This document shows positions 1 through 12,024 of a stretch of 64,000 nucleotides of DNA, in pieces (within the stretch, counting starts at the first letter, position 1; every line of letters starts with the position of its first letter). The notes under the pieces were generated by a model, which made no database searches, was not told the DNA's origin, and saw only the letters and a program-made list of their open reading frames with translations. The position numbers and the translations under genes were made by a program. The stretch is taken from positions 344,365 to 408,364 of the forward strand of contig NMRA01000376.1 of the NCBI GenBank assembly GCA_002633005.1, given 5' to 3'. The stretch is from Phoronis australis. Lineage: Eukaryota; Animalia; Phoronida.

Positions 1-3000
1 CTGTGCTGCATTATACACCAGTCATCGAGGATGACTGATGACAATTTCTGCCCTTCTTTTGTCGACCCCACCCTCTACGACCGTTCTGTGTGCTACGAGG
101 TATCAAAATCGTTTACATATTTTTAAGGCTTCTTATTATTAATAATACAAAGTTAGTACATGAACAAGTCGATTTCACGCGCGCCCTTTACGACCCTTCT
201 TTTTGCTAGAATATCTGTGTTCCAGGGTATAAAATACATTTCGACAATTTAAAAAATTTACGAAATTATTGGTAACAAAGACGACTCTCTAATTGTAATA
301 ATTGCCATCTACCTTGTCTTTAAAATATTCCTGCTGGATCAAAGTGAATTTGTTGATGTGAGTGTCCATAAATAGGTACCTCGTTACTGAGGACAACATC
401 ATTCCGGAACATAATACTACAGAACCATTGTGAACCACACATTGAACGAGAATGGGAATTTCGCCGTCACTAATTTAGATCTTAGAATGAGTTGTTTGTA
501 AAATATGTTCACTTTGTAAATTACATCCCTATATGTATTTGCGACACTGTTCTACCTTTGAACGATTTCATAACGTGAAGAATGAAGTTATGTGCCATTC
601 AAGCTGTAGCGACCATTTTGTTGGTGCGACACCAGAAATTGAAAAATTTATGTTGAAGTTCTGCATAAAATTCTTTTCATTTAAAAATGACCCCAAGCTG
701 AAAGATCGCCATTTTGGGAATAACGTTTAAATTGTTTTGCATTAAAATTCGTTTTGTGAAATATGTAACTAAAAGGGTCATCTTCAATTTAAATCGGCAT
801 AGTTCTGAGGATAACACTAACGCCTTATCACAGTTAGCATTATCTTGGCGACAAAAAACGTCATTTTCATCTGCCCCACATCCAGTCGGCTACAGCAATT
901 TGTGCCGGACTGCGTTCCGTAAACGCAAGACAAATGCCAGTAAGGCTAGTGTGATCACGTGCTTCGCTTGTAAGGAATGGCAATATCTCCCAAGAATTGC
1001 GTGGTCTCGTGTTTTCGCGAGTGTCTTGGTTCCACGGAACCCAGGCCTGGTTAAATTTTCCACTATTAGATTAGAAACGCTACTGTAAATTCCAGGCGCT
1101 TGAATGAATCAAGTGTCGATCGCACGTCAAATCTTAATCTCATGTGAAACTTTAAAAATACTTAAGAGGCTACAGTTGATATATTTGTTTATTAGTACAT
1201 GACATATGATTGTGAAAATGATGATTTAACCTGTAAAATGTTTCCGAGGCACAGTACCAACGTCTCATCCTTGTAGGCTCTTAGTGATACATTTTATTAG
1301 ATTCGTTCCTCTGCCAAAATTGTTAACAGTCCTTTCAAAGTGATTGGGAATTTTGTGTAATTTTAGTTTTAACGGTAATCTTTAGGGAAATCTTTTATTT
1401 CTTGTGTTTTTGAACCCCGTTTAGCACGAAAATGCGTCACTTTTAATACTCTCCTTTCATTACTACAGAGCTAAAAATAAAAAATACAGTAAAACAAAAA
1501 TTTACAATCCTCCCACACGGCTTAGCCTTTTCAATAGCTGTTCCATGTTATTTTTAACCCACAGCAAACTAAATCCGTTTATCGTCCAACAATTGGCATT
1601 GGTGTGTTCTAAAAAGAGCTCACAATTAAACGATGTATTTTTGTATCGGCCCCTTGTTTTTACAACGCTCAACCTATGATTCTGTCTGTAGGTGGAACTT
1701 AAACATAGCCTATATTATTTTTGTAGATGCTACGCATTAGTTATTCCAGCACAACATTTTTATCTTTACTTGATCGTTGCTCAATGGCTCAGTTCGAATT
1801 TCCGATCATCGATTCGGATACAAGAGTAAAGTTTTAGAGTCTGACTGGTCTCTAAGAAAACATCGCTCTTCGGTCCTGGATAGATAGGTCAACAATGGGG
1901 GGATTAGTCGCTGTTCGGCTCTTTTGAAGAACTCTTCGTCTGTAAACAGTTTGCAGGTGTCTGAATTTTTTAATTTACAACCAATGAAGGGAAAAGAACT
2001 CGAAGAAACAATTCGAAAGAAATGGAAAGTTAAGAGTAAGCACTTACGTTTTTTATTAACATGTTTGTTTATTTATTTGAATGTTGACTGCAATGTCTCC
2101 GTCACCGTGGCATCATGTTGTGCATTTCCCCGATTCCTTGTCTGCTTATACCTTTCCAATTGTTTTCAAACTTTTCTGGCTGCGTTTTAACTGCGTGTGT
2201 AATTAGGAATCGCTTCATTAATTTAAGGAAACATTCTAAGCATGCTGCAAGTAACGGAAATCGACACAATAGCACGGTTGATTTTCCGCCCTTAATAGCC
2301 AGACCAGCGACTTCCTTTTATTGTCTCTGTCAATCCTTAAGTTATAATCTCAGTGTAATTAAAAGTGAATTAACAAGTAAATTGCCTGAAACACTTGAAA
2401 CTATTTTAGATTATACCTAATAAAAAGCAAGTCATGCCGCAGACAGTAGAATTAAGCCGAAATTGAAAATATTGAAAAAAACGTGATTACACGCTTTTAA
2501 AATTGAAAGTCGTCGTGAACTATGACAACCCATTTAATCTTTTAATCCTGGCTTAGTTTATTTAGACGAGGTCAGGGAATCTAGAAATCTTTTTGAGGAA
2601 GCCTGGAAACGTTATCAGTCGTCGCGTTTGAGCTCCAAAGTGTTACCAGTTTTTGTGACATTGAATGCGCTGGCCCTGCCGATTTGCTCATGAATAAAAA
2701 TAATATTTGTGCCATTTTTCCAACAAAATGTTTTACGGATCTACAACTGATATAAATATATCGATCGTTTTCGCTGCAAGCGTTCGTAGAATGTCGTTTT
2801 CCTAGTTTGCATAACGTGACGGTATTTAAGAAAAAATGTACGTACATGTTCGTTCTGAACAGCTTCTGCATATTTCCAAAAGAGCGCGATTCATGTGCCA
2901 TGTATATATAGTCGCCACAAAAGCGTTGGGTTCGAATGCTAGTCGGAGCAATAACCTCGCTTATTTCATAGTACACATTCACAAACGTACTAAGACAACT

Positions 3001-5917
3001 CGATGCTGAGAGTTACTTGTATATGTAATTGTTAACAGACGTTGTGTTCCGTATCGTTTACAGACCCTTTCTGTTGTACTGACTGCTTTCTGAGATTTCG
3101 AAAATTCGTTTTTTAAAACTAGGTTGATAACGCAATCCTGAAAATTTGCGTTGGACATTTGTGTCATAGTGTGATTGCTGTAGCTTTAATTGTTACTGGA
3201 TTATTGAAACCTCATTAAATTATCAGCAGATATTCATTACTTATTATTTCAAGGAAATATTTTGGGAAATAGAGACTAAGGCGTGTAACTTTAGAGTGGT
3301 ACAAATCGTTGAGAAAGCTGCCCTCGTGCTCTCATTGTCGAATGTTTCCTGTTCAAAGATTACCCTGAACAGTGGTAGTGGGGTGCACGTGCTTCAAATA
3401 AATTTCTTCGTCATTGCAACCTCTATGTTTGTTGTTACTGGGATTGATTGTTCCCGGATGAGAATTATTTTAGAGCTTGTATAGTAGTATTAAAGCGTCT
3501 TTAAACTCGGGTTTCGCCCAAAAAGCTAACTTATGAGTTCAGACCACCTACCGCAATAAAATTATTCTCAACTTTTTCCTTTGCTTAGATAAGAAGTGAT
3601 TTCTGAGTTTGCTTGCGCACAAAATGTCACGCCGTGACAAACCATCTTGTAGAGCCTTGTTTCAAGCAATAAATAGGGAACAATTTGAGAACCAGTCTCA
3701 TAACAGCAAGTGGTCTTTAGAAGTCAATTTTTTTGTGTTGGAAGGCGAGTTTATAACCGCTGTAAATTAATCTGAAATAATTTTTGTACTATAAATGTGT
3801 GACGTATACGGCTATTCATCTGGCTGTTTACAGCTATCCGGTTACTACAATGAAATCCCGTGTACAAATCCCGCACGATCATTTGTAACCTACATACTAA
3901 ACCGTTTCATCTCTATCACATGGCTGGTAAGCTCGTCTTATCTGTTAATGGCCTAACGTGAAATTGATTCTCCAAAGTCGTTCATCGATGTTAACTCAAT
4001 TAAACAACGTGATCAAAGATAGAAATCTGCGTTGAGGGTCGAAATGTATTTTACAAAAGTGCATATCAAAACTCAAACATTCATATGCTTGCAGTTGATT
4101 TTTTAGAAAATTGTAGCCAACTATGCATGTTACTATGGCCTATTGTACGAGTTATGTTACCCGGGCCAGACTTTCATTGTTTTTATCTGTTTGTATAAGT
4201 TGGGTAAACCGACTTTAAATCTGTCCCAAACACACACTTTCCAATACTTAGGTGGACCATTTTAACCGCTTTACTTTTCTTACCACATTATTACTAATGC
4301 ATATTCGAGCAAACGATAAACGGCACACAACCTAGGCAGTCTTCTTGAATTACACCGGCGATATTATGGTTATACGTGAAGACTGCTTCAGTGATTTTCA
4401 AAGCCAGAACAAATTTTATACTCGTCGTCCAACCGTGTAAATGAATTGTGTCACAGAAAGAGCTGGTGACTCGAATTAACCACGTTTTCCACGTGGCGGT
4501 AACTACGGTTTTAACAATGACATTGAAAACACAATGCTATCTCGATTTCAATAATTTAAGTTAAATAGTCCCTTGGTTGTTGCGACAAAATGTCATCGCG
4601 GTTGTGTTCTTCAGTTTAATGAAATGATGTGGATATTAGCTATCTCCACTTACATAAAGTGTAACAACGCCCCAGGAATGGAAAGTTTAATTACTCCCCA
4701 CAATGGAAGTCTTTCATCATCACGCTGCTGTTTCAAAATATGTCGCTTTAAGTCGGAAATGTTCACCGATTTTCCAGGTTAAATGATTTAGAACTAAGAA
4801 TTAATTACAAACCGAGTTTTTACTCTGACTTGATTGATTTGTTAAGCCTTCGTCGACCACTCTACATCGTGTGAGGGTAAAAATGGACAATTTTATCACG
4901 GTTTAGTTTTCCTATTATCAACATGCGGCGACTAATCCATTATCAATTTACATTTGGAACGTGAAGCATTTCGCTCGCTGCAAACCAGAGCACAGAAGCG
5001 CGTCTAAAGCTAATTTTCAATCGCTCGAATTTGCAACTGTTACCTAACGGATGGACGTATGTCTAACACAGAACTTCAAACGTTACTTCTCCACTATTTT
5101 TAAACAGTTCAAGCTGCCTTTCCGAGCAAAACGTCCTATCAACTGACTGGCGAGTTTTTGACCTTGTTTATCTTACAAGTCAAGGAAGGCAGCATAATCA
5201 ATCAAAAGTATGTCAAAGTTTTATGTATTTTAATGATTTATCCATGAATGCAATTTTGTTCACCAACACAAAAGTTACTGTAGTATCCAACGGAGAGTGT
5301 GAGCCATGTTGATAAAACCTGAAATTTTCGACAGCCAAGACTAAGGAACAAACGGCAGGTTGATATTACTGGTAAATAAGACCTAACCGTTTTAATGATT
5401 CGCGTAAATGCGGTTGAATGGTCACAGAATGCAGACACAGTTCCACCCGCCATATTTTTTTTGTTATTTCAATTCAAACCTTTTTAATAAATATAAAATT
5501 TGTGCTTATTTCTTTCTTACAATAAAAGCACTTATGCCTATTCAACATTTCTCGATTTATTATAATTATATTATATGATATTACATCATATTATATTCAT
5601 GTATTCTAATATTTAGGCTGTGATAATTATTTTCACTAAATTTTATTTTGCACACCTCGTATTATATTTATGTGACCATTGAGATTCTTATACCCAAGAT
5701 TTTATTTCCTATAATTCTTATATTTCAATTCTAGCTGCATAGCTCTAAAATTTGCACTTCATTTGTTCGATTCTTAAAGAATAATGGATTTCTTGGTATT
5801 TTAAGGAGTGTCAAAAACATCAATATTATTTAAAAAATTAAAACAGAGAATGATGATCACTTGTTGCCCTAAATGTATGCATATCGCTTGCAGTGAAACT
5901 TATGAAAGCATAATTAC

Positions 5918-6237
5918 CGTTATTTTGTTGAGTTGAATCTCTGTCATCTTCATCTTTGTCACTCCCTTCGTCCCCACTTTTATCCGTGTCCTCGCCAGAT
6001 CGATTCCTGGGCGACCACGTCATCTTATTCTCTTTCTTCAGACGTCTACGCGCGTTAGCGAACCACGTAGAGACCTGAGTCAGTGTCATTTTCGTAATTA
6101 TTGCTAACATGATTTTTTCTCCTTTTGTGGGGTAGGGATTTTTCCTATGTTCATATAACCAGGCTTTTAACGTGCTTGTTGTCTCGCGTGTGGCATTTTT
6201 TCGCCGTATTCCACCGTTTAAATCGACTCCTCCGTAG
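5918..6237 (-). CDS. Irx: Iroquois exon 4, TALE homeodomain plus acidic tail
   Basis: Encodes [79 protein letters not shown], the diagnostic Iroquois homeodomain. TATTTCAG acceptor. The probable donor G|GTAATT at 5917 is less certain than the rest of the exon. Confidence 0.97.
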
Positions 6238-6695
6238 CTGAAATACAAAAAACCGTTACACACATTCAGTTTCAGCAGAAAATATTGACGGGACTTCTGA
6301 AACCTAATGAAATTTAAAATAATACGTTCACACAAAATGGGCTGTCGACTCAGTTGGAGAAATTCCAAGCAATGCTCACACTACCATCGTGCACAAGCTG
6401 GGTCGTTTCAGAAAGCTGGTCAGAGCGTATGTTAACAGCCGGTTTCAGATTTCTATGCCATGTCGTATCAAACCGAAACCGTCGGTGGGAAGGAATAATA
6501 GCCTCGGGCTACTCACAACTGATTTGAATTAATAATCAAGCATCTCCGCGCGGTCCAGTGGTCTTTGGAGCAGAGGTTAACTCGTTAACCACGTCTGTAT
6601 CAGTCAGGAAAAGTTCACAAGAGTTTTGATGTGGAATTGAACGGACACTTGACGTTTAAAAAAGCGGATTCGGGAATTAGTGAAGGTGTCCTCAC

Positions 6696-6808
6696 CTGCT
6701 TCCATAGGGATACGCGGCCATGGCGGCAGCGTCGTACGGATAGCATGCCGTAGGCTGAGCCAGGCCTCGCCAGGATTCAGACGAGTCTTTGAGGTCGTAG
6801 GCTGAATT
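6696..6808 (-). CDS. Irx: Iroquois exon 3 (NSAYDLKDSSESWRGLAQPTACYPYDAAAMAAYPYGS)
   Basis: CTTTCAG acceptor, AG|GTGAG donor (phase 2). The YDLKD and YPYD motifs are typical of Irx, and the phases match exons 2 and 4. Confidence 0.92.
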
Positions 6809-7470
6809 CTGAAAGACGTGGTTTACTTACTGATGATGCATGTATATACGAACAGATAATTCGAAGTCAAATCTTTCGTTATCAGTTCATTAAACAATAA
6901 TAAGCGCGAGGTGTCGTTAAAGCAAACTCAAGACTTGGTTTTAAGTTGTCGTCTGCACGAGTCATTACTTTTGAATTAATAAACACTCCGGTGAAATCAA
7001 TGTTTTATGTCCTATCATTATTCGTAAGTGTGACAATCAGGAGAAGGTGATATTTTAACACCTTGTTAAGTTGTCTCTTATTCGTCTGAATCGTAATAGT
7101 CAATTTTGTGTTCGTCAAACGTGAATCGCCACTGTTTTGAACACCTGCAACGCTGAAATCTTTCGTACGTAGGACTTAGGAATTGTGGCAGCCATTTTTG
7201 TTGAGAGTGAGATTTTCAGCATTGTGCCACACTGGGTTTTGCAGTTCCAAAAATTCGCATTTTACTCGTGGTTAGTGTCACGTACCTAGTCTACGGAGTG
7301 GATGCCTTTACAGATTGATCGCGTAATGCAATTAAAACAAAATTAATTAAATCATTTAAAGCAAACAATTGTCCCCTTAAAGACTGGCCGACTACTCCTG
7401 CCTATATGCATGCATTACGTTAGTTTAGCCGTGTTTGTTTGTTTCAATATAATTTTGTTCCAAAGCTTAC

Positions 7471-7722
7471 CAACGGATAGAAAGCAGACGGATCAGACCC
7501 AAATGCGCCCATGTATCCCTGGGCAGCGTAAGCGGCCGCAGCGGCTGAGTTGTATACGGTGTCGGAGAGTGAAGGAACTCGAGAAAGACTGAGGAGGTTG
7601 GGGGCCCCGTACTGGCAGGAGCATACCGTCTGCCTACCCGTGTGGGGATCAGTCAGTCGGCCTCCTTCACAGCAACACGACTGACTGTTTGTGGTCGATG
7701 TTTGCGAGGCCGATATTAAGAG
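7471..7722 (-). CDS. Irx: Iroquois exon 2 (LLISASQ...SCCCEGGRLTDPHTGRQTVCSCQYG...GSDPSAFYPL)
   Basis: TTTTCAG acceptor, 252 nt open frame, GTAAGC donor. Contains the conserved Irx N-terminal Cys motif CCE.GR..TDP.TG.TVCSCQY and the D.SAFY motif. Confidence 0.93.
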
Positions 7723-7886
7723 CTGAAAATTATAAAATGCTGGAATTAGGACCCATACAGTTGGGCTTGAACGCAGGAATTCATTTACAATGGGATACTA
7801 CTCAACGATGACCTCAGAATTGTATTCTAACGACACAAAAACAGTTTTAATTAATCTGTTTATGTTTTCACATTTTTGTCGCTTAC

Positions 7887-7940
7887 CTGCGGTTGAGAGG
7901 ACAAGCTAGCCGCGGTGTAACCGAACTGTGGGTAAGACAT
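7887..7940 (-). CDS. Irx: Iroquois homeobox gene, coding exon 1 (MSYPQFGYTAASLSSQPQ)
   Basis: ATG at 7940 gives the typical Irx N-terminus MSYPQFGY. The exon is 54 nt and ends CAG|GTAAGC (phase 0). Confidence 0.93.
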
Positions 7941-10393
7941 GGTCCGGGTCCGGAGGCCGACCGATGTTTTTCTAAATTATCCACAAAATTTGTCAACCTC
8001 TCAAGGGTATTATTGTAGCTGGTCCTGCAAAGATCTTTGTCTTACGGCACTTGCAGAGACAGGCAGGAGATCCTTGTTTGAAAAAGCACAACAGAATATA
8101 CCCTCCAGGGCAGTGCATTGGCAGAAATAAGAAACAGCACCAAGACCTCACTCTTATCTCGTTTGACATATAGCCTCGCTTTCGCGCCATTTAGAAGCAA
8201 GCGTCTCGTGTCAGTTTGCCCAGTAGCCACGCCTCCAGGCACGCCTTCTGTATAAGAGTCGACAGACTCGAGATATTTTTTCATGGAGAATCAGTTTCAT
8301 TAAGAACTCGAATTTCTACATTATTGCTATTTTTACAGTCCATTGTCCTGAAAAACACTTAGTGTTCTCACAAATGATTTTAATTGCCTAATATTGAGAC
8401 TTAAAATAGAAAATTGGTCTCTTTAAAGAGTTCAACCTATATTTTAATTTTCAACTATTGAGATTTACTAGTCAAAGCACTATTATGGCTAGGCAATGAA
8501 AGTCGTAATTCATTTTTACCAAGCTTCAATTAAACGCAATCATCATTAAAATTTTGTTTGATTTTCTTTATCTTTTTTGCGCGAAATGACGTCTTAAAGT
8601 GTTGCCGTGTATACCGCGGAAAGCAAATAGTTTAATTACTGGCGACATATGCTCAGAAAACCTGACATTCTCAACGTGTCATATTGCAGAAAACACCAAA
8701 ATATTGTGTTCTCAGACCTCTCCCCCGAGCAAAAACCGTCCTCGGTATTAGTATGCTGCCGAACACAACATCGTTTCGTTATTGTCGTAATTTGTCAGGT
8801 TAGCAAATTGACACGGTGTTTCATGTAATACTGGAAATGTTGCCTTGCTTGCCCAGCTCAGTGAAGAAAGCTCACGTATGAAAAGTGAAAATTAATCTTC
8901 GACGCTTTCTGAAATCTGAACGGATTTGCGTTGTATCGGATTATTATTTTGCGTCAGTTATCCATACTTTTTAACACGGCGATAATGAAGACGTGAATTA
9001 ATCTGAAACATTAATGAAGGATACCGTAATTATTTTGGAGCGCTGCTGTGCGACTATTATGCTACCAACTAGAGGATTTATAATGCGTAACTAGTCCTAC
9101 AAATTAGATTGAGTTAGCTTCGGCAAATTGCGATGTCTCCTTTTAATTCTATTAATTCTGATTGGGCTATCTTGCCCGGGAAGACAAGTTCAATCGAACA
9201 GTCATTGGGAATAAAAATTATCGAATTATTATTGTCATGAATGAGTCGCGCGTCATATGATTTATTTTAGGTCGTCTGAATTGTTGCTGTTTTGTTTGAA
9301 AATAAAATAAATATCTGGTGATAATGTCAAAACCTGTGCTGATAGATGATGAATGGAAAACTAACTAGTTTTATAACTAACAGTATTCTGCAAACGATTT
9401 AATGTTGGGAAACGCGTGAAGGATTACGTCACTGTAAACTGGGACAGTGATTTCCAAGTCTATCATAATTAATCAAAACATTGATTTGCAAGTTTTGCTT
9501 GTTTCATTATAAAACATCTGATAAGTTATTTTAACTTTCACGCTGTTGTTTATCCGTTAATTACAAAGAGGGGTGGTAAACTGTTCAACCACACTTCCTG
9601 GTAAATCGGGGAAAATTTTAACGGTAAGGGCCTGCCGCTGTCACGTTGAACGACAACGTGACCCAGTTTTTGTATTGCATAAAGTATAAGACGGCTATTT
9701 TTGAGGGCTATAATTCAAGTTTCCGACAGAAAAACTGTTCAAATGAAATTTTGCTTGAAATGACAAAATTGATTTATGTATGTTTCCACGAACGCAATCG
9801 TGTCTTAACAGTGGGGAATTGACCGGGCGATCATCTGTGGAATCATGTTACGGGATTTTTAATAGCTTTTCACTGCTCGTCTTAATTAGCATTTGAAGAG
9901 CATCACTACTGAAAAATCCAAATGTGGCGATGTCGTATTTAGATGTTTTACTGGTGATATTTGCGGCGAATTCAGGAAGCCATAGTGCCGGAACGTGGGC
10001 CGGCGCGCTACTGATGCGAGTTGCTCGTAGTCATTAGTGATGAATTAATTATCACATCTGCATTTGTTATTAAGATTTCCTCCGACGAATGGGATCGCCT
10101 GGTATAAATATTATCTCGATTTCTAGCCTTGTTTTCAACCTGTGCTGCTGCGAGGTGCCACTGAGATCTGTGCGATCCCAAACCTGTCAAACTTGGACCT
10201 GATTTTAATAACACACGTTGCTGGGGTGGATCCGTGGTACGTCTTGGAGTCAATGTCTAAATTACCAAACAACATATTTATGAGTTAGTAAAATTTGTTG
10301 GTGCATATAACTTAATCGTAGTAATGAGAAATATCTTCCATAAATCGTTGTTTGACATTATACAAGGACACGGCGAGCTACAGTGTAATGTGT

Positions 10394-10461
10394 TTAGAGG
10401 GATCCGTCTGTTAAAGGGATCCGTCTGTTAGAGGGATCCGTCTGTTAGAGGGATCCGTCTG
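10394..10461. repeat. 17-bp minisatellite x4 (TTAGAGGGATCCGTCTG)
   Basis: Four head-to-tail copies with a single mismatch in copy 2. Confidence 0.95.
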
Positions 10462-11411
10462 TAACCATTTACATTGTCCATCGCGTCGCTTTACGTCTGA
10501 CAGGTCTGTGTCAGTTGTTAACACACATCCTAAATAGTTCTGTTGTATATAACCTTAACCACGTATCACCTTATTCAGTGCACAGCTACGCCTTATTTTT
10601 CTTGCCATTTTCAATTTACGCTCACCAAAATAAAACCTCGTAGGTTAAATTTAAAAAACTGACACGCTCGCGTAATCCTGGGACGTAATCACAGAATCTG
10701 ATTCTTTGAGGTTCGGCAAGCCATCGACTATCTGCGCGTTCTCATTCCCATGTCGACGCTGGGCTTTCCGCTATAGGCTAATGAGTTTTACAGTGGCGTT
10801 TGTTTTGTTGATTTTTTCAATATCTGCTTATAAGGTTGATCATTTGTTTATGTATTTATACACCTAACCACTTGTGGCTCGCTGATGAACTACACATGTT
10901 TCACGCGGTCAATGAGATCCGTGCCCAATGCCAGTCGGGGAATGCGGCTACCTGCCTTGTTATGATGAACGTATTGGCAATGCGCTGGAAGACTTAGGCG
11001 TTGAGGGTATACCAGTTGTAAAAGAGTGGAACGATCTTTTTGTCTTCAGTCAATTGTAATTCGAAATCATTTGACGAAAAGTTGTTACTGTGTATAGTCT
11101 CGTATAATACTGGTGGGCGTGCGTCGCGACCTTTATTACTGGATGAGAATTTTTGGAGAAACATTGCGTGAAAAAATCTTCAAAAACAAAAGTCACTCAA
11201 CGCGGATGAAGTAACTTAATTCAGCCAATCCAGATTAAGTTTGGGATATTTACAAGTAATTGTCTGAATGTCCGTTTCGGTGCAAGTCTGAAGTAATGAT
11301 GAAGTGTTGCTTTGGAAAGAACGTTGACGTGCCAGTGTAATTTTTGTCAGTTCTCAAGACGGATTTCACAGTTCTGAAGTGTTTTTATCCGTAACAGTAC
11401 ACAAGGGAATA

Positions 11412-11785
11412 ATTCCATGATCGCGCCTTGAAATTCCAGCTAGCACACACCAAACTCGCTGTACAAATCCCCAGACTCGCACCCCTAAACTGAGAATGTT
11501 CCATGCATTTTGACCAAACTCCAGTCCCGGGGTCCAGCTTACATAGCTGCGCCGCTAAATTCGTGGTGCGGGCTAGGAGTGCGATCATGGAATGTGGTCC
11601 CCCGGGACTGGAGTTGGGGCACCGGCTGTGGAGCATTTTTTGGTGTTTGCGTGTGCGTGTGCCTGTGTGTGTAGGGTTTAAGGGTGCGGTTCTGGGGATT
11701 TCTACCGCGAGTTTGGTGTCTACAGGCCGGGGACTAGAGTTTAGGGGATCGTGGCTAGAATTTGGAGGGTCACGCCGGAATTGTT
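11412..11785. mobile_element. GC-rich foldback/MITE-like element
   Basis: About 11447-11491 is an imperfect reverse complement of about 11675-11720. The inner pair AACTCCAGTCCCGGGG / CCCCGGGACTGGAGTT also matches. No TSD resolved. Confidence 0.7.
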
Positions 11786-11792
11786 TCTATAC

Positions 11793-12024
11793 CTGGGGCC
11801 GGTTCCAAGAAGCTGACTTAAGTTCATTTTTTACTTAAGTCTAAGATTTGTCTTAACTTCCATTCTTTGAAACTTTCACATCTGGTCAGATAGTTAAAAT
11901 TAAAATTGAACTCTTATCAAAAACTTAATTCAAATTTAGGATCTCTTGCTTAAAACAGTCTCGTGACAAATTTAAGTTTTATCTTAAACTAAAATTTAAG
12001 ATTTGTCTTAGCTAAGGGCCCCTG
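11793..12024. mobile_element. TTAAG-rich MITE-like element
   Basis: Starts CTGGGGCC and ends GGCCCCTGG. TAAGATTTGTCTTA occurs twice internally, along with many CTTAAG palindromes. Confidence 0.45.

Noticed and set aside
5440-5470. KKIWR as a possible IRO box
   Set aside because: Lacks the KPKIWS context, derives from a poly-A run, and has no supporting exon.
6238-6368. N-terminal part of the 176-aa ORF 5838-6368
   Set aside because: It is intronic read-through upstream of the acceptor at 6238-6239. The real N-terminus comes from exons 1-3.
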